A program made the position numbers and the translations under genes. From a virus (Duplodnaviria; Caudoviricetes), in the IMG/VR virus record IMGVR_UViG_2917762859_000001: DNA of 64,000 nucleotides. One strand, written 5' to 3'. The notes under the pieces were generated by a model. It was not told the origin of the DNA, searched no databases, and was given only the letters and a program-made list of their open reading frames with translations. Positions 1 to 9,945 of the stretch are shown piece after piece; within the stretch, counting starts at the first letter, position 1; every line of letters starts with the position of its first letter.

Positions 1-1158
1 TCATTTTAAATTCTCTACTTTTCTTAAGTGGGACGTATTTGGGACACAAGTGCCAAAAATACTGTCTATTTGCTTTGCATGTTCAGTTAAATGATTAGGC
101 GCTAGGTGAGCATACCTTCTAACCATATCAACTGATTCCCATCCGCCCATTTCTTGTAATACTGAAAGCGGAACTCCGGATTGAATTAACCAGCTCGCCC
201 ATGTGTGACGCAGATCATGAAAACGGAAGTTTTCTATTCCTGCTCTTTTTAACGCTGCTCTCCATGCTGTGTTAGAATCAACTCGCATTTTCCTAACGCT
301 TGGTGTTAATGTTCCGTCTGGTCTCTTCTTTGATTCAGTATGAACAAATACCCACTTGTGATGGTTTCCTATTTGTTCCTTAAGAACCTGACAAGCAGTG
401 TCATTTAAAGCAACACCAATTGCTTGGCCTGATTTGCTATCCTCTGGGTTTATCCATGCAACTTTCCTTTGCATATCAATTTGACTCCACTCTAAATTGA
501 TAATATTGGATCGCCTTAATCCAGTGGCCAATGCAAATGTAACTACGGATTTCAGTGGTTCAGGGCATTCTTGAATCAGTCTTTTAGCTTCATGATGCTC
601 TAACCACCGAACCCGCTTTTCTCTGATTGTTGGAACTTTGATAACGGGAGATTTTTCTAACCATTTCCAGTCACGTTCAGCAGCTCTTAACAGAGATTTC
701 ATGATGGCGAGATGCTTTGCTTTGGTTGCGTTACTGACAGGGACATCAGTAAATGCGGGGATTTCCTTTCCCTTTCTTTTAGCTGATTCCGCTTGTTTTT
801 CCCATCTCTCCCTTGCTTTTCTGTTTACCATCTTATTGATAACGGAATATATTTTTGCTTCTGTAATATCCTTAAGTCGGTAACCTTCAAAGTGATCTAA
901 CCAAAAAGAAAGCCGACCTTTATCGTCATCCAGTGATTTTTTGTCTGCTTTCTCTTCAATCCATCGAACTATAGCCTCTTCGAAAGTAACATCAGGGAAG
1001 TCACCAAGACGTTCTATGCGCCATAACTCGACCTTTCTTGTGTCGTGCAACTCCTGCGCGAGCTTCTTGTCCTCTGTGCCAAGAGATTCCTTGATTCTTT
1101 TACCGCTTGGCGTCGTGTAGTTTCCGTACCATATTTTACCTCTTCTGAATAAAGACAT
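1..1158 (-). CDS. int: Tyrosine integrase, DLP12 IntD/P22 Int family
   Basis: [18 protein letters not shown] and catalytic YAH motifs; N-terminus MSLFRRG like IntD. Confidence 0.97.
   Translation of the reverse strand: MSLFRRGKIWYGNYTTPSGKRIKESLGTEDKKLAQELHDTRKVELWRIERLGDFPDVTFEEAIVRWIEEKADKKSLDDDKGRLSFWLDHFEGYRLKDITEAKIYSVINKMVNRKARERWEKQAESAKRKGKEIPAFTDVPVSNATKAKHLAIMKSLLRAAERDWKWLEKSPVIKVPTIREKRVRWLEHHEAKRLIQECPEPLKSVVTFALATGLRRSNIINLEWSQIDMQRKVAWINPEDSKSGQAIGVALNDTACQVLKEQIGNHHKWVFVHTESKKRPDGTLTPSVRKMRVDSNTAWRAALKRAGIENFRFHDLRHTWASWLIQSGVPLSVLQEMGGWESVDMVRRYAHLAPNHLTEHAKQIDSIFGTCVPNTSHLRKVENLK
29..45 (+). repeat. Integrase arm-type sites (TGGGAC x2, 11-bp period)
   Basis: The same TGGGAC pair recurs at 37891/37902, with a single copy at 37956, next to attR. 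Confidence 0.7.
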
Positions 1159-1382
1159 GATTTTCCCTCTCGTGTCTCACCAGCGTTCACTGGTATATTG
1201 TGAATTGATTTATTAGCCGCCGCAATACACGCAGCTCTCGTAAATAGGTATGGCGAGTTTTTCTTTGATGGATCCTTTCTTGTGTATGCAATCAATCCTA
1301 GCTTGCACCAACGAGAGAGAGTGTCTTCTGATATACCAATATAAGCGGCAGCTTCTTTTCTTGGCATGGTCATCCCTTCCAT
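1014..1382 (-). CDS. xis: Excisionase (HTH), overlapping int
   Basis: [20 protein letters not shown]; position upstream of and overlapping int as in P22. Confidence 0.75.
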   Translation of the reverse strand: MEGMTMPRKEAAAYIGISEDTLSRWCKLGLIAYTRKDPSKKNSPYLFTRAACIAAANKSIHNIPVNAGETREGKSCLYSEEVKYGTETTRRQAVKESRNLLAQRTRSSRRSCTTQERSSYGA

Positions 1383-1391
1383 TTTACCCTC

Positions 1392-1586
1392 CTATCCATT
1401 CTTCCTTTTATACTGTTCATGATCATCGCCGCAATCTTTACTGCAATATGCGCTATTAGGTGCGACCGGTTCTTCGTGACACCAGATGCACATGCCGTTA
1501 TATGATTTAATTACCGGTTTACGATTTAATAGTGATGCTTGAATATATAATTCGTTTGTTTCATTTGCTGAGTCGACAATGTCCAT
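1392..1586 (-). CDS. Small C4 Zn-finger phage protein (TraR/DksA-like)
   Basis: MDIVDSANE start; CxxC...CxxxC. Confidence 0.6.
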   Translation of the reverse strand: MDIVDSANETNELYIQASLLNRKPVIKSYNGMCIWCHEEPVAPNSAYCSKDCGDDHEQYKRKNG

Positions 1587-1682
1587 AATTACGCTTGTCC
1601 TGTTTCAATTAAAAAAATAAGTACACATAGAGCTATTAGCCCTGCAAATTGAGTAAATGTCACAATTCACCTATGCTATTTT

Positions 1683-2216
1683 TCATTCATTTAATATTTT
1701 ATTGCCGATATTAATTAATTCATCTCTATCGACAGTATTAATTATCTTTCGTGGCTTGATATATGGTCGCCAAATTAAAAACATTGAGCCTTTAGTATTT
1801 CCATTTTTAGTTTTATCAGTTTCAGCTTTAATAAATGATATTCTTCCCCCTGTAATTAATCTCACCTCATCAACTGTTTCCAATGCAGAATTAAACCAAC
1901 CAACAGAAGTATCGGCAGGAATTAACATCACAACAGGTTGCAATTGCTTTTTACATTGTTCGGCGGCTTTATTAATCCATGGCTGAATATCTGAATAGGG
2001 CGGATTCACCCAAATAGAGCCATAACTTTCCCAATCGCAATTTAACGAGTTGTCTTTTTCGGTGAGGTAATGAGAACAGAGAGCATTATTTTTATCGGCA
2101 GCGGCATCTAAATAAAAACCAAATTCAGCGTCCAATGCTGTGAATAAAGGTAGGGGAGTTTGCCATCTATCACGCAATTCCTTTGGTGTGTGGCTACCTC
2201 CGTAGTCAGCTTTCAT
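1683..2216 (-). CDS. Phage N6-adenine DNA methyltransferase
   Basis: WQTP, LDAAA and NPPY motifs. Confidence 0.92.
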   Translation of the reverse strand: MKADYGGSHTPKELRDRWQTPLPLFTALDAEFGFYLDAAADKNNALCSHYLTEKDNSLNCDWESYGSIWVNPPYSDIQPWINKAAEQCKKQLQPVVMLIPADTSVGWFNSALETVDEVRLITGGRISFIKAETDKTKNGNTKGSMFLIWRPYIKPRKIINTVDRDELINIGNKILNE

Positions 2217-2217
2217 G

Positions 2218-2400
2218 TCACAACCTATGCGCTTGAGCTGAAATGTTACCTAACTTATTTCTCTTCACCCATACTTTCATTTTCGGTCTTGTGTAAGCGC
2301 AATCAGTGTGACCATTTTCAATAAAATTAGCTATGCATTGACTTGCAAAAATTAATAATCCAGTCTCATTCGGTTTATTTAAAGTTAAATTAACTCTCAT
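2218..2400 (-). CDS. Hypothetical phage protein
   Basis: Packed ORF with RBS in early-left operon. Confidence 0.5.
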   Translation of the reverse strand: MRVNLTLNKPNETGLLIFASQCIANFIENGHTDCAYTRPKMKVWVKRNKLGNISAQAHRL

Positions 2401-2547
2401 CTCTCATCACCTCTCCACAAATAACCTCAACATTCCTCACTGACATTAAATATTCAGCACGTTTATTGCATTCCGATTGTGTGTATAATCCTCAGATATT
2501 GGCGCAGCATGATTGTTCATAATTAACAGTAGGACGAATAGCTTCAT
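2390..2547 (-). pseudogene. Small ORF broken by an apparent 1-nt deletion near 2487
   Basis: MKLFVLLLIMNN... continues in another frame as YTQSECNKRAEYL...DES*. Confidence 0.35.
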
Positions 2548-3544
2548 GTTTATTTTCTCTATATGCACATTTGAATATGTGAGCAATAACATCAACAGTC
2601 CAAGCATTGCCGTAACATTTATATGACTGTGAATTTGAGACTATGTTTTCACACCAACCATCGGGAAACGTTTGTAATCTGGCGCACTCGGTAGGCGTTA
2701 GTTTTCTATAAGTTACGTTATCTGTTGCGACTTTCGGCTCTCTATGTCCGCCTTGGCATGTTGATAATGTTGGGGCCTTTCCAGCATCAGAGTAAATGCG
2801 TTTTATCTGCTCATTGCCTTTAATGTCTGAGGCATTAGCAACATGAATTAACCCGTCCTTGGATTGCTTGATATTCTCTCTTGGTTCGCACGGCCTAAAT
2901 ACTATTTGTCGCCGGCGTTTATTAAAGTATTCATCCTCACTTGCACCACATGCGTAATTACTCATGATGCAATATGACTTTTCTCTATCAGTAATACTGT
3001 CATCATCAATAATATCTTTCAGCAAAATACCTTTATCATTGGGCTGACTAACTTCAAAATTAGTCCAATAATAGCGCTGTCTATTTTGTGCTGATAATAA
3101 TGAACTATTAATAAGAGTTTTATTTACATAACCTAATGCGCGCTCCGTATGCAGTGTTATATATTCCTCAAATTCCTTTTTCATTTTTACATTTTCGAGC
3201 ATGAATTTAGCATCTGAATTATTTTCTAATACATGACTCATTATCTCCAATGTCGTCCAGAATAACTTTCCTCTTGGGTCTTTATCACCAAGTTGTTTCC
3301 CTGCTACAGAAAAACTTTGGCATGGAAATCCCGCGGTAACCAACCACACATTTGACCAATCAATATCCCACTCACGCCAATTATTAACATCGCCTAATTG
3401 GATATTATCTGGATAATGAAACTCAGATACTTTATTAGCGAATTTATCTATTTCAGCGATGTAATATTTATCAAATTTAATTCCAGCGCGAGACAGTGCC
3501 AATCGCCCAGCGGATATTCCGTTAAACAAACTTAAATATATCAT
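2492..3544 (-). CDS. C5-cytosine DNA methyltransferase
   Basis: SLFNGI, GFPCQ, ENV, QNRQR, RLQTF and GNAW motifs. Confidence 0.95.
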   Translation of the reverse strand: MIYLSLFNGISAGRLALSRAGIKFDKYYIAEIDKFANKVSEFHYPDNIQLGDVNNWREWDIDWSNVWLVTAGFPCQSFSVAGKQLGDKDPRGKLFWTTLEIMSHVLENNSDAKFMLENVKMKKEFEEYITLHTERALGYVNKTLINSSLLSAQNRQRYYWTNFEVSQPNDKGILLKDIIDDDSITDREKSYCIMSNYACGASEDEYFNKRRRQIVFRPCEPRENIKQSKDGLIHVANASDIKGNEQIKRIYSDAGKAPTLSTCQGGHREPKVATDNVTYRKLTPTECARLQTFPDGWCENIVSNSQSYKCYGNAWTVDVIAHIFKCAYRENKHEAIRPTVNYEQSCCANI

Positions 3545-3616
3545 TTTGATTTCCTATAGATGTGCAGAACCCTGTATTAACATGAGTAATACATATCCGA
3601 TTATTTGCATGGTTAT

Positions 3617-3973
3617 TTACTTTTGAATTAAATCAGCACGAATATATAACGTGTCAGTTGGATGAATTCTATCTGCACACCAAGTTACATCATCACTACG
3701 TAAATTAACTGGAAATTCAGGTTTGTTTATCTCCTCTGGCTCGGGGTCAGCTTGTAGCCATATTAATTCTGGTGCGGTGGGGCAATTAATGCTTTCTGGT
3801 AAATTATTAATTAAACTCTCGCGTGATGCTTGCCAGCTAATCCACATCAAATCTACATATTGGTCAGCGTAATTTAATCCGTTATTTGCTGTTTCGAATT
3901 TATTATTTTCTTCTGCATCATCCATGTGAAACTTAATAAACTCTTCAAACTTCTGTCTTGATTTATCCATCAC
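3617..3973 (-). CDS. Hypothetical phage protein
   Basis: ORF in early-left operon with WISWQASR motif. Confidence 0.6.
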   Translation of the reverse strand: MMDKSRQKFEEFIKFHMDDAEENNKFETANNGLNYADQYVDLMWISWQASRESLINNLPESINCPTAPELIWLQADPEPEEINKPEFPVNLRSDDVTWCADRIHPTDTLYIRADLIQK

Positions 3974-3979
3974 TCCACC

Positions 3980-4153
3980 TTAGCCTTCTGTCTTCACATA
4001 CCAATCAACAAGATTATCAATTGCAGTATTGATATATTCTGATTGCTCTTCTTCGGTTAATTTATCCCATTCATCCTCAGTAATACCCAGGCCACACTCA
4101 GAGTCAGAGCCAACCTTATTTGTTCTTGCAACTAAAATCATCTGCTTACTCAT
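3980..4153 (-). CDS. Small acidic hypothetical protein (57 aa)
   Basis: Read manually: MSKQMILVARTNKVGSDSEC...; GAGG RBS. Confidence 0.55.
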   Translation of the reverse strand: MSKQMILVARTNKVGSDSECGLGITEDEWDKLTEEEQSEYINTAIDNLVDWYVKTEG

Positions 4154-4188
4154 ATTCATTCCTCTTCATTGCATCCCTGCGAGTTAAA

Positions 4189-4524
4189 TTAGAATTGCTT
4201 TCCGCCTTCCTTTGCGCGGTTTTCACGTTGATGATCTGCTCTATGTTTGTTGTATTCGAGTTTTTCAGTGATGGCGCCTTCAATGTCATACCCGAACGCG
4301 TGCGCATAATCCAAAATACGAATAACAGCATCAGCAAGTTCGACTTCAGCCATTTTTCGATGCGGTAAGTGATCATCCATTAAATCTTTGCGCTCTCCCT
4401 CCATTGCCTCACTGATTTCTGAATGAATAAGACAGAGTAACGTTCCTTTTTCGCGTGGGTTATCCCACCATCCAGCAGATTTATTTTGTTGATGGATTTG
4501 TTGCTGTAATTGTTTAATGTTCAT
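4189..4524 (-). CDS. MazG-like NTP pyrophosphohydrolase, copy 1
   Basis: SEISEAMEG...EVELAD acidic motif. Confidence 0.8.
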   Translation of the reverse strand: MNIKQLQQQIHQQNKSAGWWDNPREKGTLLCLIHSEISEAMEGERKDLMDDHLPHRKMAEVELADAVIRILDYAHAFGYDIEGAITEKLEYNKHRADHQRENRAKEGGKQF

Positions 4525-4590
4525 ATCTATCTCCTGTTGCATCCTTGCACTGAGTAATGGTTATATCCTTTGGTTGAACGGGTAGGGTGG

Positions 4591-5043
4591 TTAGAAGGGT
4601 ATTTGATCATCCCAATCTTGAGGGGGGTCGTTTTGTGGTGCTTGCGGTTGATGTGCTGATTGCTGTGTCTTCTGGCTTCCCGCCTGATTACCACCGTTAC
4701 CGCCTAGCATCTGCATTGTTCCACCAATATTGACCACTACTTCCGTTGTGTATCTGTCTTGCCCGTTTTGGTCTTGCCATTTTCTGGTTTGCAGAGAGCC
4801 CTCGATGTATACCTGACTTCCTTTTCTCAGATATTCACCTGCAACTTCCGCTAATTTCCCGAAAATTACCACACGATGCCACTCGGTTTTCTCCTTCATC
4901 TCGCCAGTCTGCTTGTCACGCCACGATTCCGATGTGGCTAGTGTGAGATTTGCTACTGCGCCACCTGACGGCATATATCGAATTTCAGGGTCTTGGCCTA
5001 AGTGACCAATGAGAATACATTTATTCACGCCTTTACTTGCCAT
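4591..5043 (-). CDS. ssb: Single-stranded DNA-binding protein
   Basis: [20 protein letters not shown] start; C-terminal DDQIPF. Confidence 0.97.
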   Translation of the reverse strand: MASKGVNKCILIGHLGQDPEIRYMPSGGAVANLTLATSESWRDKQTGEMKEKTEWHRVVIFGKLAEVAGEYLRKGSQVYIEGSLQTRKWQDQNGQDRYTTEVVVNIGGTMQMLGGNGGNQAGSQKTQQSAHQPQAPQNDPPQDWDDQIPF

Positions 5044-5597
5044 TATGTGTTCTCCATATCTGATTTATGGCTCTTGTAAACAACCTCTAGCTTCTCAAGA
5101 TTTTCATCATCTCCTGAAAATTTATTTTTAAGCCACTGATATGATTTTTCGAAATGTTCTGGCGACATCTCGTTTAATTTTGATGTGAAATCGGCAAGCA
5201 TCATTTGGTTTGTCAGTAGTTTTTTAACTCTATGCTCTGAGCGCTTACCTCTTGAAACAGACAGCATCATTGAAAAATCAGATTCAATATCACTCATTGA
5301 ATAAACTTTTATACCGCCAACAGCTACGCCGCCAAACTTAACGGATGGATCTCCAATTATTGTTAAAGATTTTCCAACCCAGTCATGGCCGTTATTTCCC
5401 CATCCACCAATAAGAACCCTTCGCATAGATTTAGATGGTTTGTATGGCCTGCCGTCATAACCTACTAAGTCGATAAAAACAGGCTGATCTCTCGTACCTT
5501 CGCGAACGGATTTAATAACGGCGGTAATTGGTGTGGTTTGAACATCTTCAAAGTTAATCTGATCTGACTTTGGGATGATTGTGCGTGATAAGTCCAT
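5043..5597 (-). CDS. Putative recombination protein in the annealase position
   Basis: Translationally coupled between the exonuclease and ssb. Confidence 0.5.
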   Translation of the reverse strand: MDLSRTIIPKSDQINFEDVQTTPITAVIKSVREGTRDQPVFIDLVGYDGRPYKPSKSMRRVLIGGWGNNGHDWVGKSLTIIGDPSVKFGGVAVGGIKVYSMSDIESDFSMMLSVSRGKRSEHRVKKLLTNQMMLADFTSKLNEMSPEHFEKSYQWLKNKFSGDDENLEKLEVVYKSHKSDMENT

Positions 5598-6421
5598 TAG
5601 AGAAAAACCTCATCATCTAAGTATTCATCATCGAATAAGTAATTAGGAACATTGATTTCACTCGGCGGAAGAACTATTCCTTCAGTTCGTAGCGCTTCGT
5701 CATCAATGCATTCTTTAATTTTGCGTAATGCTTCGTGCATATGCTTATAGCCAAGTTCCAGCGATTCCGTGCCGATGTAATACATGCAGTTGGTATAAGG
5801 TGGTTTATTCTGAAGTGCAAAGAAGCAAAACTGGTCTAACTCAATCCCTGTGGTTAGCTTTAAAACGTACAGATAAAAAGCCGCTTGAATATGGTAGCGA
5901 TATTTACCAAACGCCTGACTAAAGCCTCGCTCTGTTGCATCCATGCAACTCTTTACATCAAGCGGGTAGGGTAGAGAGTCAGATAACCTATCAAATCGGC
6001 ATTTCAGTCTTAATCCAGTCATTGGACATGTAGCAAACATCGATACTTCTGAATTCCCTTTTGTTGCCATGTAGTCCATAAAGTCGGAATTCATCCTTGC
6101 CGACTCAACCATCCTTGTTACTGTTTCCACTTCGCCATTTATAAAAATATTGTCAGGATTGCACACCTTAACCAATTCTTTATATTCCTTTGACGCTCTG
6201 GTTTTAATGTCAGAGTTAAGAATGAATTCCTTTTCAAAAACGTCAGGTTCAAGTAACGCTGCGTGAATTGCAGTTCCTATATTTGCCGATTTACTTCCTT
6301 TAAATGGGTTAAAATATAAGTTTGCTGGGCTAATATTCATTGCTTTTACTGACGTTGATCCTATTGCCTCATCCTTGTGGTAATCCTCATTGCTTAAGTG
6401 ATAGTGGATTCCATCTTTCAT
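5597..6421 (-). CDS. PD-(D/E)XK exonuclease, RecE/ExoVIII C-terminal-like
   Basis: SNEDYH, GTAIH, KCRFD, DVKS and YHIQAAFY motifs. Confidence 0.9.
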   Translation of the reverse strand: MKDGIHYHLSNEDYHKDEAIGSTSVKAMNISPANLYFNPFKGSKSANIGTAIHAALLEPDVFEKEFILNSDIKTRASKEYKELVKVCNPDNIFINGEVETVTRMVESARMNSDFMDYMATKGNSEVSMFATCPMTGLRLKCRFDRLSDSLPYPLDVKSCMDATERGFSQAFGKYRYHIQAAFYLYVLKLTTGIELDQFCFFALQNKPPYTNCMYYIGTESLELGYKHMHEALRKIKECIDDEALRTEGIVLPPSEINVPNYLFDDEYLDDEVFL

Positions 6422-6672
6422 CCTAAAACCTCTTTATCTATCCCTATCTGAATAGCTGTTCTAATTCCATCTAAAACCGCATCCAGCGCTTGAGGGCTAA
6501 TTTCAAATACCGGATTTAACTTCCTTGCTAAATCCATGCACAGTAGTTCTTCGGGTAGGCTATCCATAACCTCATCAACTGATATTTTCTCTTCCTGAGA
6601 ATTAACAAACGCTTGTTTTTCCATTTGGCGTTCGTACCAGTCGTTTCTGAGTCCGTATGTATTCGTTAACAT
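6418..6672 (-). CDS. Hypothetical phage protein
   Basis: ORF with AGGAGG RBS, coupled to the exonuclease. Confidence 0.6.
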   Translation of the reverse strand: MLTNTYGLRNDWYERQMEKQAFVNSQEEKISVDEVMDSLPEELLCMDLARKLNPVFEISPQALDAVLDGIRTAIQIGIDKEVLG

Positions 6673-6799
6673 AGATCCTCCTTAGATAAACTCGCGCTCC
6701 TTGCGTGTGTTGATTTCATGCTGAATGAGGTTTGTACGCTCCATCGATACTTTCATTTTCCATTGAAAAACTAAGTCGTCGATTTGCTCATTTGTCATT

Positions 6800-6982
6800 T
6801 CAGACTCTCGCAATAGTGAGAATATCTGTTGTTTTACGTGTTTCTGCTTTGCGTTCATGCTGTACTCCGTATGCTGTTTTTAATGTTTCGTTTGCTTCGC
6901 ACCATCTATCCTCATCCTTGAGATAAAGAGCGCGCCATGCTTGCTGTTGAGCTATGCAAAGTTTGTGTTTATCAATATTCAT
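6800..6982 (-). CDS. Possible Kil-like host division inhibitor
   Basis: Size, position upstream of recombination genes, weak similarity from memory. Confidence 0.35.
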   Translation of the reverse strand: MNIDKHKLCIAQQQAWRALYLKDEDRWCEANETLKTAYGVQHERKAETRKTTDILTIARV

Positions 6983-7059
6983 GCTTACCTCTGGATGTGC
7001 GAAATCTGCGCCAATCTTGCGATAGCGATAGGGTGGTTATCTGGTATTGGTGCGGTGGG

Positions 7060-7269
7060 TTATTTAATTGGATTTTTTGGAACTGGTTGCCAGTGCGTTA
7101 CCTTGCCACAATAAGCATTAAGCGAGCCTGACTTACCAAAGTAATCAAGTATGTTGCCTAACCATGGTTCTGGGTATTTGCTATCCATGCAAATAAGTAA
7201 AACCAAATCATCTTTAACTTCTGGTGTTAATTCATCGCAGCGAATCCAGCTGTTATTCTCATTTGCCAT
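7060..7269 (-). CDS. DUF551-like protein
   Basis: WIRCDELTP...VTHWQPVP. Confidence 0.65.
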   Translation of the reverse strand: MANENNSWIRCDELTPEVKDDLVLLICMDSKYPEPWLGNILDYFGKSGSLNAYCGKVTHWQPVPKNPIK

Positions 7270-7319
7270 ATGTGCGTATTCCTCACTATTAATAGCGATA
7301 TGAATGATTAAGTGGTGGG

Positions 7320-7673
7320 TTACTGCTGACCTAGGGCTTTTGCGATTACAGCGTCAACGATGTCTAAATCATCGTCATCATCTGGTTCATAGCTTGCAAT
7401 TTTATTGCGAAGTCTGATTAACTGTTCTAATAACTCTGGTGCTGTTGCGATTAGTGTAAAATTGGCTTGAGTTTCTTCATCCATAACCCAGTGACATAAT
7501 TTTTCATCATATCTAGCGCCTTTTGAGCTATATACGATATTTCTATCATCATCACGATGGCAACCAGCCGTATCATTAGTTCTATTTTTCTGGTAAACAG
7601 CGCAACACCCACATCTAATATCAGCAACCCATGGCGCAGGCGTTCCTTTAAATTCCATTGTTTTATCTGCCAC
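7320..7673 (-). CDS. Hypothetical phage protein
   Basis: FKGTPAPW...LIATAPELLE...IAKALG, a common phage motif. Confidence 0.65.
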   Translation of the reverse strand: MADKTMEFKGTPAPWVADIRCGCCAVYQKNRTNDTAGCHRDDDRNIVYSSKGARYDEKLCHWVMDEETQANFTLIATAPELLEQLIRLRNKIASYEPDDDDDLDIVDAVIAKALGQQ

Positions 7674-7685
7674 GCTCCCTCCTAA

Positions 7686-7958
7686 CTATTTAATTAGTCC
7701 GTACACATGATTAATGTCGTTAAGTCCTTCCCTATCTAACTCTAAGTATGGATCCCATCTATCCAAACCTTTATGATGCGTCCTTACCAATTGCCAGCGC
7801 CAACCATCAGCATGTCTAACTCGTCTTACATACCTGATTGTCGTGACCCAATATTCATCATTAGGGCCATTTGGAACCAGTGAATCAAACTCGACTCGAA
7901 CAGGTCTAAATAATTTCGGCATGGGTAGCTTTCCATTGTGGAAATCTTCTATTGTCAT
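7686..7958 (-). CDS. Hypothetical phage protein
   Basis: ORF with GGAG RBS. Confidence 0.55.
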   Translation of the reverse strand: MTIEDFHNGKLPMPKLFRPVRVEFDSLVPNGPNDEYWVTTIRYVRRVRHADGWRWQLVRTHHKGLDRWDPYLELDREGLNDINHVYGLIK

Positions 7959-7975
7959 ACTCCCTCCGTTATTAA

Positions 7976-8164
7976 CTAGAGATACTCAAGCTCCCAAGTA
8001 GGGTGATAAACATCCGCATGTTTGTCGTCGTCCATTTTTATTTTTAACTTTCCTGTATGTATGCCAGTTATCGTTCCTTCTCTGGCTTCTTTATTACCCG
8101 TATATCGAACGCGGTCGCCTTTTTTGATATTTAAACCGTAGGTTTTGTTTATGTAATCAAACAA
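7976..8164 (-). CDS. Small SH3/KOW-like hypothetical protein
   Basis: IKKGDRVRY...GTITG; flanked by 15-bp direct repeats. Confidence 0.55.
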   Translation of the reverse strand: MFDYINKTYGLNIKKGDRVRYTGNKEAREGTITGIHTGKLKIKMDDDKHADVYHPTWELEYL

Positions 8165-8195
8165 ATCACTTCTCCGTTATTAACTAAACACGATG

Positions 8196-8468
8196 CTATT
8201 TGGTTTCGCATTTCACGCCACAGAAAGGGCAGAATGAGAACGTAACAGGGAAATCCTGCTTTGTTAGGCGGGCTTTCGGCGTGCCGTCCTTTTTGATTTC
8301 TTGATAACTGGCGTTGTATTCAATGAAATAATTAACTGACATGACGCCGCCAGACATAAATAATCCTGATTGTTTCCAGCCAGAAGACTGTAGGCTTGCA
8401 CCTTCTGGTAGTTTCGCTTTAATGCGACTTTCCATGTCATCGCCTAATTTCGTAAAGCAATCACACAT
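8196..8468 (-). CDS. Zn-binding hypothetical protein
   Basis: MCDC...FCPFCG. Confidence 0.65.
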   Translation of the reverse strand: MCDCFTKLGDDMESRIKAKLPEGASLQSSGWKQSGLFMSGGVMSVNYFIEYNASYQEIKKDGTPKARLTKQDFPVTFSFCPFCGVKCETK

Positions 8469-8532
8469 ATCTCTATCTCCTATCTATTAATCAACTCACC
8501 ACAGCCCACAGAATGGACTGTAATTAGTTAAC

Positions 8533-8718
8533 TTACTGGTAGTTAAGGTGAAACTTATATTGTTGTAATTCCATTCTATTAATATGATTAATCTGGCTTT
8601 GTAATTCTTTAATTGCATCCTCCTTGGCTCTATTGAATGTTTCAATATCGATATTCTTTGTTTCTTCGTTAGGGCGTGGCGCCCAGTGCGCTTGAATTAA
8701 TTTAAATGCATTGTACAT
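8533..8718 (-). CDS. Hypothetical protein
   Basis: ORF with AGGAG RBS downstream of N. Confidence 0.5.
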   Translation of the reverse strand: MYNAFKLIQAHWAPRPNEETKNIDIETFNRAKEDAIKELQSQINHINRMELQQYKFHLNYQ

Positions 8719-8728
8719 ATTTAATCTC

Positions 8729-9001
8729 CTATCTCGCTGTTATACCGAACTCACTGCTCGGCTGTTTTGTTTTAACTCCTGAAAATACTGCTACATTAGG
8801 TAAGCAACAGTTATCTCCACTTGGATAATGCTTTGTTGGTTTGAGAGAGAGAACAGGGCGTTCTTTCTTCTCAACGCCAAATATCGAATCCCAAATTTCT
8901 TCCACTGAGCGACTTCTCATAGCTATCTTTCGAGCCAAAAACTCACCTTGCTTTCTGCGTCTGCGAATTTTTGAGTTCTCTTTAAAAGTTATTGTTGCCA
9001 T
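8729..9001 (-). CDS. N: Antitermination protein N
   Basis: Arg-rich motif KIRRRRKQ; first gene after pL/nutL. Confidence 0.8.
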   Translation of the reverse strand: MATITFKENSKIRRRRKQGEFLARKIAMRSRSVEEIWDSIFGVEKKERPVLSLKPTKHYPSGDNCCLPNVAVFSGVKTKQPSSEFGITAR

Positions 9002-9012
9002 ATTTGCCTCCT

Positions 9013-9222
9013 AAGTGATTTTTGGTGATTGGTGGTAGGTGCTGATCTCCTACTTGCAAGCCATGCCGAGGTAAACAGCTTTCGCCTCCCTCAATATCAG
9101 TTATTACGATCCAGTACCCGAAGGCATATGACACTACTTAGCTGGTATCGCTCGCTTGCGGAAACTGTTAGCTTTTAAACCTGCCAATCAGCCTTAGCAT
9201 TCACCAATCCCAAAAACCACTC
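9013..9222 (-). ncRNA. Structured RNA in pL/N leader: long closing stem enclosing a kissing-loop motif
   Basis: 9013-9034 pairs with 9202-9222; loop GCTGAT is complementary to loop ATCAGC; homologous fold at 51154-51271. Confidence 0.6.
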
Positions 9223-9229
9223 AGTGGTT

Positions 9230-9272
9230 GCTCTGAAAATTTATTCTGAGCGTTCCTAATTGTAAAAGAGCG
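9230..9272 (-). promoter_or_regulatory. nutL (boxA CGCTCTTTTACAA plus boxB hairpin)
   Basis: boxA consensus; boxB matches nutR. Confidence 0.85.
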
Positions 9273-9318
9273 AACATCCTGTTTATCTATGGCTCCTTGC
9301 CTTTGATGAGTTATATAT

Positions 9319-9389
9319 TGAACCAATAGTTCACATAAATCAAGAACCAAAAGTACAATATTTTATTATCATAGTGAACTTTTAGTATA
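9319..9389. promoter_or_regulatory. OL operators and pL
   Basis: TGAACCAATAGTTCA, AGAACCAAAAGTACA, TGAACTTTTAGTATA; HK022-type TGAAC-N5-GTTCA. Confidence 0.8.
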
Positions 9390-9511
9390 TTTTGTTGTTT
9401 TTAAACGGTATTTATTTTTGTAAATATTTAAAATTAGCTCTTGATCACTAATTTATTTAGGCGGGATGAAAAAAATCCCTCTGGTAGAGGGACTAAATAA
9501 AAAGCATGAGG

Positions 9512-9919
9512 TTAGTATGACGTGCAGTTAACGGTAGAACCTAATTTTGTACAGTTCGTTGCTGTTACTGGTTTTTTATAGATGTTTTGCTGTTGTTGCC
9601 ATAATAACAGGCTTTGTTGTGCTGATATCGCTCTAATAGCTGAAGCGCCATTGTCTTGTCTTATTTTTTCTGGTCCATATTCAATAAGAGAATTATTTTT
9701 AAATATAAACTTATAGTCGGCTTTATCATAAGACCAACCAGACATCAGCCTGTTAGCATAAATTAATATTTCATACTCATTGCTTGACGAGGCTCCATCA
9801 GGGTTGCCCATTATTGATATAACATTGTCTTTGCTCATCCCAGAATGTATTGATGATATTTTATCACCTGTTACACAACCTGATAAAGCAATGATAATAA
9901 TTAGAAAAAATATTCTCAA
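9512..9919 (-). CDS. Lipoprotein, SmpA/BamE-like, in the immunity region
   Basis: Lipobox LSGC; GMSKDNVISIMGNP motif; own terminator at about 9469-9493. Confidence 0.7.
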   Translation of the reverse strand: MRIFFLIIIIALSGCVTGDKISSIHSGMSKDNVISIMGNPDGASSSNEYEILIYANRLMSGWSYDKADYKFIFKNNSLIEYGPEKIRQDNGASAIRAISAQQSLLLWQQQQNIYKKPVTATNCTKLGSTVNCTSY

Positions 9920-9945
9920 AGCATCCTCTTCTTAATGATTAAAAG

